Positions 11,791-21,668 of a stretch of 64,000 nt of DNA are shown here, piece after piece. The position numbers were made by a program, and so were the translations under genes. The DNA is from Epithemia pelagica (Eukaryota; Protista; Bacillariophyta): assembly GCA_946965045.2 (NCBI GenBank), contig OX337230.1, forward strand, positions 2,170,001 to 2,234,000, written 5' to 3'. Position 1 is the stretch's first letter. Each line of letters starts with the position of its first letter. The notes under the pieces were generated by a model that saw nothing but the letters and a program-made list of their open reading frames with translations, was not told the DNA's origin and did not search any database.

Positions 11791-12533
11791 GGTCTTTCCT
11801 ACAAAAGCACTACGCTACGGACGCGATCGTCGGCTGGCAGAACTTATGGCTTTTCAAGTGGTAAGTGGGTAAGTGGTAAGTCTGTCCGTCCTTCTCCTTC
11901 TCCGGCACTACTGCAAACAGATATCAATGAGACAACTGTCAAAAAGATACTCCTAGAGGAGTAGGAGTATATCGTTCTGCTGATAGTGCCAGAGTGAGTA
12001 GTAGGTAGACTTTTTCGTCAAAATAGCTGACACCTGTCAATTCGTATTGAACTAGAAGGTACAATAATATTGTTCGAGACCCACCGACCGTCTTTTTCTC
12101 AACATCATATACATATGCCCCACCACATATGTTATAATCCCCAGAGTACAAATAAAGAACACTCTCTTGGAAGTGGATAGAAAATCTGTACCACTTCACC
12201 GACTTCTAATGATCTCGTCAGCTGAGGCGTACCGCTGCTCCCGCAACCGCGATGAACAGAGTTGGAACTCCCAGCCAAACACCGATGCCGAGTCGTTCCT
12301 GCGCAACAAACTACATGGCCACATTTTTTTCAAACCCAGAGCTCAAAGACTGAATTGAAGCTCACTGCCTTCTAACATATTCATTTCTCTGCTTCTTCAT
12401 AACTCTCTCCTCTTAGCTTGTTGTGAAAGCAATTAGTCCAGAAAAGGACGTTAACACCAAAACAAAGCCGTCATCTCGTTCCCAGCCAATCTTTGTTCAC
12501 CAATTCTATTCCCGCTGACGATCTTGGACAGCT

Positions 12534-13373
12534 TTGCTTACTCCCATGTGGACAGTATCGACGACAAACCAAGATACTATTTCGCTTCTCCAAAGGGGGT
12601 GCTTTCAAGATGCCATATGTAGCGCGAAACGAGCGATTCATATTTTGAGAAATTCTACGGATGGGTCGCAAAGCGCATCCATGTCTCAGAGCTCCAATTC
12701 TCCACGTCATGTACAATGTCACGAATCCCACTGTGAATCAGGCTGCTCATCTGCGGAATCAATCTACTATTCTGAGGTGTTTGTGGGTGTCGTCCGCCTA
12801 TTCTTTGGGAAGGAAAATCATCACCAAGGCCCGTTGGACGGCAATGACATGGAAGTTGACACCACAAGCTCCACACCAGCTCATTCACCTTTGGAAGTTT
12901 TCGATCGAAACCTTGCATTGTCTTCGTATTGTTCCATCTACCAGGGTGCTTTCGTCTTTGATGAGGAATTTCGTTCACGTTATGAGACCGACGCAGCTGC
13001 TATGTTGCTGTTTAATCTTGGCCTAGCGTATCATTTGTCTGCAGCCTCTGAGGAAGTACATGGTACTTCAAGAGGTGCCTTCAAGAACGCCAGTAATGCC
13101 CTTCATGTGTACAAACTCTCAATGGCTGCGATTGACAAACATGCTTGTACTTCTGGAAGTTCATTGTAGACTTTGGCTCTTCTTGCAAATATGGGTAATA
13201 TCCTGTCGCGATTAATGCGAGACTCAGAGGCAAACCATTGTTTCAGCGGATTGGAATACTGTCTGTCAGATCCGGGTCTGGTGAAAGGCATGGAAGAAGA
13301 GGATATCTGCTTCTTTTGCTTCCAGGTCTCCTTTTGCCGTGCTCGCCACTCCACAGTCGCGGTTGCGGCCTAG
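12534..13373 (+). pseudogene. TPR-like helical protein (diatom-type family) with an in-frame TAG at 13167-13169
   Basis: AAMLLFNLGLAYH and ALLANMGNI helices; ORFs 12534..13169 and 13173..13373 are in one frame. Confidence 0.55.
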
Positions 13374-13829
13374 AGACCAAATCATACTACTGCGACAACC
13401 AGCAATATCCTTGGAGTTTTTATTCGTTCATCGGGGGAAACGATGATGCTAGATAGCAAGGAAACGTTTGATTCCTTGCATAAGATATCTAAGTCTACCT
13501 TGAAGGATTTCATGTCGCCCACCGACCACGGACGACTAGTGAACCGCTTCGACGCTAATATATTCCATACAATTTTTGGATGGTGGGTACATTCTAGTCG
13601 CAGCATCACCCTAAAAGCAGTAATTCGCGATTCGACACGTATCGCGTTTCAAAGAAGTGGATGACATAGCTTAGGAGAAAATATGTGCAAAACAGACACC
13701 GACCTTGTAATGAAATCACAACACATAGAAAAGAGACATTCTGCAACAAAAGCGTAATGTAGCAAAGAGTTCTTCTGAGTGGATGGTTAGGATCAACATC
13801 CTCATATTCCTTCTGATCGGTTGTTCGGG

Positions 13830-14804
13830 CTATGCTTTCAGTCCAGCTGCTAGACCACCGTCAACTGCAATGTTGGAACCAGTAATATAACTCGACTGCT
13901 TCGACAGAAGAAAAGACACCACATCCAAGACTTCTTCGATATGTCCAAGCCGCTTCAATGGTACTTGTTGGATTTTCGCCCTGGCAACATCCTCCTGGTT
14001 GGAGGCAAAGAAAGGAGCACCAACCCGGGCATGGAGTTTGTTCTGGCGTTCCCACATAAAGCCTGGACCGATTAAGGCCGGGCTAACGGCATTGACCCGA
14101 ATACCATATTGCGCCAATTCCTTGGCAGCAACTACAGTCATGGCTACAACTGCTGCTTTCGAACTGGAATACGCAATCATTGCGGGCGTTCCTCGCAAAC
14201 CAGCCACGGACGCTGTGTTCACAATTGCACACTCCTTCCGGGGATTATGCTCTTCTTGTTCTTTCATTTTCGATGCCACCGCTTGCATTACAATGAACAT
14301 ACCGGAGACGTTAATATCCATGACAAGCTTAAAATCTTCCGGGTCGTAGTTTAGCATTGTCTTGATCTTTCCTTGGTATCCTGCGTTGTTCCATAGAAGA
14401 TCAATTCTTTTGAATCGCAGTGCAATCGAACTAATCACACCATCGATTTGTTTGGGGTCTGTAACATCACATACGTACGGCTTGTAGTCAAAGGTTCCAC
14501 TTCCCAGTTCCTTCTCCATCTCCGTATACGTTTCTTTCAATGTTTCTCGATCTCGATCTAATCCGGCAATTCGCGCTCCTCTTCTCGCAAAGAAAATGCA
14601 GCCCGCTCTTCCCAACTGACCGCCAGCCCCAGTGATGACGACAACTTTACCAGCAAAAGTTCTTTCCGGCTGGATATTGGTGGACGCAGCCAGACTCCGA
14701 TCTTCGTACAGGCTCTCGCCGTCACTCGCATATTCCGCAAGTGAAGGCATGGAGCTGGCAATGCTATGCTCAGATTGAGAGCTGCTCTTCGGTTTTCCGT
14801 CCAT
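13830..14804 (-). CDS. Short-chain dehydrogenase/reductase, xylitol/polyol-dehydrogenase-like
   Basis: TGAGGQLG, NNAG, YSSSK and NAVSP motifs plus GPGFMWERQ; intronless, 324 aa. Confidence 0.9.
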   Translation of the reverse strand: MDGKPKSSSQSEHSIASSMPSLAEYASDGESLYEDRSLAASTNIQPERTFAGKVVVITGAGGQLGRAGCIFFARRGARIAGLDRDRETLKETYTEMEKELGSGTFDYKPYVCDVTDPKQIDGVISSIALRFKRIDLLWNNAGYQGKIKTMLNYDPEDFKLVMDINVSGMFIVMQAVASKMKEQEEHNPRKECAIVNTASVAGLRGTPAMIAYSSSKAAVVAMTVVAAKELAQYGIRVNAVSPALIGPGFMWERQNKLHARVGAPFFASNQEDVARAKIQQVPLKRLGHIEEVLDVVSFLLSKQSSYITGSNIAVDGGLAAGLKA

Positions 14805-15118
14805 TGCAAACTACCAGGGTGTCAAGTAAAGGGTCCGGACTCCTTTTGCTCCCCTGGACTTCGATTTCAACCAACACCACCAGTATTTTATGACGAATTT
14901 TTTACTCCGAAGATGGAAGTTTCCGTGCCATCTCCACTCTCCACACACAGGAAGAGCAAGATCTCCCACATCTATGAAATAAAGCATACAATTTTCATCA
15001 AAATTGATGTACATTATCGATTCTTGCATGGGTCTACTCTTGAGTCTATGGTCGCATGAGGATTTTGGAGCTCAAAAACGATACAAACTTTCTAATTCGT
15101 TTTTTCTTTTTTCGACTA

Positions 15119-15801
15119 AGGGGGTATGTTATCGGGCACGCGGAGCATGGGCGGAGCATGGATATGGGGGGAGCAATGCATGCTCCACGATGCATGCTCC
15201 GCGCGTCTATATTATCGGTGGGCGGATGCAGAGATGCGGAGCATCCGTCACGGAAACGCGTATGGGTCGCCTTAAGTATGGAATCGAAAAGGAAGGAGAA
15301 GAGCAACTTTGGGAAGACGATGGCAAGCAAAGGGGTGGTTTCCGGACACAATAATCATTCCCTTTATAGACTACTTATCAGATAGAGTATCCATTGGATA
15401 TTTCACCTGTTGTTCTGTTGGCCCTACGAGCTCATGTGGGAAAGACACGTCAATTTCCATGCTCTATGGAAACACAACCTCCACCATGAGGATGGAAAAG
15501 ACTCCTAAAGAGCATGGCAGCAACAGTTGGCCGACTATATGTACTTGTCTACAATACTAGTGCCTGGATAGACTCTGTCATCGCTTTTGTCCATGACAAA
15601 TCCATCATCGGAAGACTTCGACTGTTCGACGCATTGAGTGTGTGGTGTGTGGGCGCGTGATTTTGCTTCCAACCATGCTCCACCCGCACTCTTCCTCCGC
15701 ATGTAAATTTTGCGGAGGAAAGCTCTATATCCGGGTTGGTTTGGCCTTTCTCCGCCCATATCATGCTCCGCACATGCTCCGCGCGCCCGATAATTACCCC
15801 C
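15119..15801. mobile_element. MITE-like element with ~50-bp imperfect TIRs and repeated GGAGCATG/CATGCTCC subterminal motifs
   Basis: 15120-15172 (gggggtatgttatcgggcacgcggagcatgggcggagcatg) is the inverted match of ~15750-15801; no coding capacity recognised. Confidence 0.7.
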
Positions 15802-15834
15802 AAGCATGGGGTGAGTCCAATCACGCGTGATTGA

Positions 15835-16933
15835 ATGCACTTCGTGCATTCGTCTACTCACCCCCACGGCTCGACCTGGTCTCTCTCGACTCTGATACAA
15901 AATTCATGCAACACACCCTCATTCATCACGGTGGTGGAGGTGCAGTGGTCCAGAACATCTTCTTTAATGTCGTCTTCCTCCCACAAACGGCACCGCCTCA
16001 CTCAGAAGGAAGTAAGGGAGCTATTTGACGCCCGCAGTGTTTCCGAAAGGTCGACGGCGTCTGTTAACAACCAAGATGAAAGCATCGCCAAAAACCAAAC
16101 CACCACCCCATCCACCAGCAACAACAATCCTTCGTCTCTGCCTCGTTTCGCTTCCTTTCCCACGGTCGATCCACAAGCCTATTAAAACCCCTATGGCGCA
16201 GAAGGATCCATTGGCCCATCCAAGTCACACTGTCCACCAATACCACCTCCAACGTGGTGATTTCTTCGGTCCACGTGTACCCGCTTCCTCAATTCTTTGT
16301 CAATCTGTCGGTATTGGACGATGATTTGGACGTGAAGGAACTCGAACGAAAACTACAATTGGCAACGAGTTCCTACCTAGAGCTGTCCTTTCAAGAAATT
16401 GACTCCCTTTTTCGCAAGGAAAATGAGGAACGATTTGATTCGGTGCAAATCACATTTGATCGTTTTGATCGAGCCTTTCAAGGAACCGAAAGCAATACTG
16501 ATCCAAATTTCCATAGCATTCCAACCTCTTTGATTTGGCCTCCATTCAAGGGTATTTAAGGTTTGTTACGGACGTGACCAATCACCAGCATGAGGTTTCA
16601 CAAAAGGAAGTTCAACGCATTGAAACCATTATTCAAACGACTCTCCGTTTTGCCTTTGAAGATCTCATTGACCGTCTGTTGCCTTGGTACCATGATCACG
16701 ATCCAGTGCTTCTTCGAGTAGTGGAGCAAGTCCAAGTCACTGTGGAGGATGTACCCACATTACTTGAGAAAAAGGGTACTGCTACAAACGACAGCGAGTC
16801 TTCGTGTCTCAAGGAACAAGAAGACTACCTGTTTTACGTTGCCATTGGCGTTGCCTTTTTCCTCACGGCAACTGGAATATGTGTCATTTTTGGAGCTTGT
16901 CAAGTACGGACCGTCATGAGGGGCATCCAATAA
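15835..16933 (+). pseudogene. Fragmented hypothetical protein with a C-terminal transmembrane helix
   Basis: Three successive ORFs (15835..16185, 16254..16559, 16535..16933) ending in YLFYVAIGVAFFLTATGICVIFG; no family recognised. Confidence 0.4.
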
Positions 16934-17854
16934 ATGGCCGTTTGGGCCGTGTATTCGGGCAAGTGATACAAGGAGTGCAAGAGTGCTTTCAATGACTCAA
17001 TCAGGGGTGTATGCAAAATGGCATGGACCAGTGCCGACAGGAGGGCCTGGACTTGGGTCACGGGCCACTTGGCTTCTCCATCGCTGTCATCAGTTTCATC
17101 TTGTGGAATGCGGGTATGCGCCGTACTGGTCGTCGGAGCAGATGATTCTGCACCGTAGCAAATGACGTCGGCCGTTCGAATGACTCGTGAACCTTCCCAT
17201 AGATCTGTGAGCTCCCGACGTCGCCAACCAATCAAGAGGACCATTCCCAAACAGCAGGGGACCAAGTACAAAAGTGCCGGTTGGCCCATATCCATCCAGT
17301 ACACAGCAGCATTTGCCATGGACAGTCCAACAGCATAGGCAAATGACACGAGGCAAAAAGTAGCCACCGTTCCAGCAAGTACTTCCGCAATATTTTTGTT
17401 CGGGACAGGGATAGGACCGTCCCAACGATCCATTGCCACCACCCATGACACCCAAAAAGCTCTTGGCTGAATCAAAGCGTGCTGCAAAACTGATCAGTAA
17501 TCCGGGCACGACAATGTCGCCGATACCCAAAAGGTTGGACCCGCCACGATAGTCGGCAATGTGCGGTATGGTGAACAGCATTGGTAGGGGATTCCCCCGT
17601 TGTCGGCAATAGAGGGGATCTTTGTGGTACTTTTCACACCAGTCTGGATTGGGAGGAGGACCTCCACTGGTACCAACATCCAGCATTACACTCTTCTTGA
17701 ATATAAGAGGACTGACAAAGACAAAGAATCTATCGTAGGAAAAAGCACTGTGACGAGGCAAACAATAGGACAAAAGACATGGTCCGAGAGGACTTGGCAG
17801 AGTAGGACGTCTCTCTGCGACAAGCAATACGTACTGCAGGCATCGACTTGCCAT
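16900..17854 (-). pseudogene. Signal peptide peptidase-like (SPP/SPPL, GxGD protease) C-terminal fragment, frameshifted
   Basis: SYDRFFVFVSP (YD motif), LGIGDIVVPG and GQPALLYLVP are present. There is an extra base at 17341-17343, and the N-terminal TM region is missing. Confidence 0.85.
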
Positions 17855-18923
17855 GCCCGGGCCGTCTTTCTATGCCATCCTCTGAATACTGAGTTGATTG
17901 ACGTTCGAGTGAAGGAAGCCCACAGGCCTTATTGGTATTTGAAAGAGGAGTGGCCGGAGGGTTTCGGTTGTGGCAAAAAAAGGATGCTTGACGTATTACG
18001 ACAGGGTCATCTGGTTTGTTGTTTTTACTTTGTTGAAGGCTTGAATTGAGAGTGTCTTGGTCCAATGAGTAGAGGCTTTGGAGAGCCGGCGCCTTCGTAG
18101 AGTCATCGTGGGTAGTATTGGTGAGAGCCTTGTGGTCGGGGTTGGAGGTGCGGGTAGCCATGATGGATGTAATCGTCCTCACTAGTTTGCCTCCGTGGTG
18201 GCTCTGTGGAGGTGAAATGCAGTTTGTATCAGAGTCGAGAAATTGGCGATTTGGGGCCCTCGCGCCGTGGGGGTGACTAAGGGAATGCACTTAAAAAGTG
18301 CGACTGACCGGGTCGCCCCATGCTTGGGGGTAGCCCGATAATATACCCCCTAAGGGCTGGGGATACCGATCCATGTACATCTAAGTAGGCTCAGTACATT
18401 AACCTACGTAGTACTATTTTCGTCTGTGTAAGAAGTGGGGCGGATGGTCACACCGAGTCGCACGTCGTAAACTTGCCACCGATAGAAAAGGTGCAATCCG
18501 GAAGCCATCATTCGACAATGATGGAAGTCATCACCCCCATGGCAATAACTTCCTGAACAATTGAGCCTACCTGAATCACTTTTACAATAAGAATCTTTAC
18601 TACTAGAGCAACTTTGCTTTCACTTTGATTCAGGCACCCTTGAAAAATGAATGAGTTAGGGCGGTCGTTCGATTTCATCACTGCAGAAAAATGAGCGTAC
18701 CTTTTCAGCCAACTTGGCAAATCTTCTGTAATTTCAGACAACAATTTCAAAGGTAGAGGCAAAGGACTTACGGTGGTGGGATGTTTATGCGATGCATGGG
18801 TGAATGCATACGGTGTCACCGGATCTCGCCACTTCTCGATGACTGCGCAACTTCGCACCCTACTATAATTTCCATAGTCTTTCTAGTACTGTTTCTACAC
18901 ACCTCCTACGTGACTACTTCACC

Positions 18924-21640
18924 ATGGTCAACCGCCGCTCACAGCGGCCCTCCTCAACTGCCTCTCGGCAATCTCCTTCGTCGACACCATCAGCGTCTTC
19001 CCAGGCTCGAATGACGACCTTTTTCCGTCCGGCTGGATCCCCTGCAACCACTGGCCCCGTTAACCCTTCCTCTCGGCACGCGGCGGCAGCGTCGAATGCA
19101 TCCCTAGCGGACACCACCACTGTTGCCTCTAGTTCGACTGGCTCGATTACGTCAAGGTCCGCCAGGTTGTCGGGTTTGGATGATCACAACACCATGACGA
19201 CGCCCCATCCTGCCCAAGTGCCTTTACCAGACTCCTCCCAAGCTTCGGACGGTGGCAGTACATCTACGGCCCTTTCCTCGCGCTCTTCCCTTCGAGATGT
19301 TGGACACCGGCCTCGCGGTCAAGGCCCTGGCCGCGGTGGCCGGGCGCCGATCACTGCTTCCCGCAGCAGCGGACGTTCTGCTTCGTCGCGTCGTCGCCAG
19401 CGTAATCGGACCCGACGGTCCGGGCGATCCAGGTCCCAATCGACACATGAGGCCGACCCGCCTCCGGTAGATGTACCGATGCCGGACGTGGAGGTAGTGG
19501 CAATTTCTCCGGCACCGGCTTTGGGTTTGAATGCCACGGCAAACACGGACGCGGCTCCCCCGACAGCTCGTGCTGCGGTGGCAGTTCCGTCCCCAGCCCA
19601 GACTTCTATCGAATCACCTCAGCGCCAGTTCCAATCCACGCTACAATCGGAACTTACAGATTTGCAGCGCCAACAAGGTACCCCCTCCAGGACAACCACC
19701 ACGCCTACTCCGATTCGGCAGCACCCTTCCCCGACATCGGCGCGGACTTCGAACCGCGGCCACTCGCCCTCCACATCCACCATCCAGGAGGCAGACGACG
19801 AAACGGTAGCTCGGGACAACGCGACGGGACCCTTCGTTCACATCTTCGTCAATCAACCGGTCGAGACACCACAAGGGCCGACCCCTGGCCAGTTCGGTAT
19901 TGCCACGACGCCCTCCATCTCGGGCCGCTTCTCCCATCCTTCAGGCCGGTCGGCCTCTGGCTCGACGCGCCAGGATGCGAACCGCCCCATCCGACTGGCC
20001 CCGGCTCAACATGTGACGGCACGGTATGAAATTCGGGTGAATGTTCCGCCTTCCTCGGCTCCGGACGACGAACTACGCACGGCGCTTGTCAACTTCTTCA
20101 CCAAGTTGCAGGAAGCTGACCCGTCCCTGGTGTTGTACCCGTGGGCCGAACGCGACAACCGCGACGATCAGAATGGCTCCCGGCCTTTTCGCTCTATCTC
20201 CGCTCCTACCGGGATTCCAGTGGATCTTGCGGCGATCAAGCGCTACTTCCCTCGAGTCATCCCTAAAGCCACTGGGGGATTCGTCTACCCCTCGGTTTGG
20301 TGTGGCCACACCAAACCGTTTCGAGAGATCGTTTCGCATCTGCAGGGGTGGTTCCAAGGGGAGAGGCACGGTTTTTGGAACCGTCAGCTCCAGTGTGAGA
20401 GTACTTTGATAGTGGGTTGGGGACTTTATTCGACGCAAACCATTCACGCCCCTACCCTGCGGGCTGCCCTCTCTGCTGAATTGGGATATGAGGTGGGTAT
20501 CCGCTGGAGAACGATTAGTACGGGCCAATCGGGCACGATTCCCGCCAATCAACTCGCAAAGGCCTTGCACTTTGAGGTCGATCGTCGGCATAAATCTGAT
20601 GCCAAACGTCGCTTAGCTGCGATTTACGATCGACAGGCCGAGGATTTTCCGCTGGGGATCAAGATGAGACTTGTTTGGCGCCTACACGATCTCATGAACG
20701 TCCACACACGAGCTAAGGTCGCTGCCCTCCGGCTGCGCCAGTTGCAATTTTGTCAAGCGATGGTTAGCATGAGGACCTGGGAGATACACGACATCGATTT
20801 GGTGGACGACGACTCCGGGTTGTCCTTGCGCAATCGACTGATGGAGCTCAAGAGTCAAAGTGGTCATCGCCTATTCCACACCGTTGACCCCAGCCACATC
20901 GAGGGAGCGGTGCAATTTTGCTTCCACCCGGACAGGGAAGACGAGGCACGCACGATGATCCTAGCCTTGGTCCCTTACCTTCGGTGGAAGGTGTCCCAAG
21001 TTGATCCCCCCCTCCCCGATCGTGAACGGGAGATTTTGCTCTCCCGTACAGTTTATCGGCACTTCAGTCAGGATGCCCTCGAACGGGCCATCGGAGCTAC
21101 CTGGAACCCGGTCACGATGACGGTTGACTCGCCCGCTGATTCTTATAGCGCTTGGGTCCACGATATGGGCGATGCAGAATTGGACTGCTCCAAATTCGGT
21201 GACGGCTCTGGGACGGTGGCAATCACTCCTTCCCCTCACAGTATCGTTCGCACGACGCGGAGGCTGACACGGATAGCGTCTCGACCCTCCCCCAGGGTAC
21301 ATCGATCGCATCCACGGTCACCGGCGGATCGGTACGGTCGCACGGTTCCTCCTTGGCGTCCCGCTCCTCAGCCCACGCCTTCCGTCCCCCTCCGGCACCT
21401 AATCCCCGTTCGGTAGCTACTTCCCAAACCTCGTCTTCACTTGGCTCTTTGTCCTCCCCTGATCCCATGGTGGCCCATCTTACACAATCTCTTCAATCTG
21501 TAACCCAGTTCCTTTCCACGTTGCCTCCCAACGATACAACAGCGGCTTTGCGCGCGCACTTACTTTCTCTGCCCACGGCACCAACTTCCCCTAATGCTTC
21601 CTCCCCGCCGGCACCGTCGCCGGCGGGGCCGCAGCATTAA
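18924..21640 (+). pseudogene. LINE ORF1 (~900 aa, low-complexity N-terminus), one frameshift near 21235
   Basis: The 830-aa ORF shifts to QYRSHDAEAD..., which is in frame with ORF 21353..21640. Confidence 0.75.
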
Positions 21641-21668
21641 TCCCCACGCTCCGGTCCGGGTGCCCGCT

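Larger units (their letters stand above)
15119..18351. mobile_element. Candidate Pack-type non-autonomous TIR element carrying gene fragments
   Basis: 19-bp termini AGGGGGTAT(G/A)TTATCGGGC at 15119-15137 and 18333-18351. Further inverted blocks: 15795-15811/18316-18332, 15858-15870/18264-18276, 15884-15901/18223-18240. Possible ACTA TSD (15115-15118 and 27831-27834) after removing the adjacent element. Confidence 0.55.

Noticed and set aside
11860-11965. GTAAGTGG repeats and a TACTCC-TAGA-GGAGTA hairpin as the DIRS 5' terminus
   Set aside because: The other end of the element is outside the window, so no terminal repeat can be tested.
18351-18356. PIF/Harbinger reading (TWA TSD, GGG termini) for the 46-bp TIR element
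   Set aside because: The flanks would be TAA and TTA, which are not a direct duplication; TA fits better.
18508-18858. 116-aa minus-strand ORF and intron-like GT/AG signals in the left MITE arm as a transposase remnant
   Set aside because: The splice combinations I tried gave early stops, and no transposase motif was seen.
18814-18870. HDV-like ribozyme at the LINE 5' end
   Set aside because: The nested double pseudoknot pairings could not be formed by eye.
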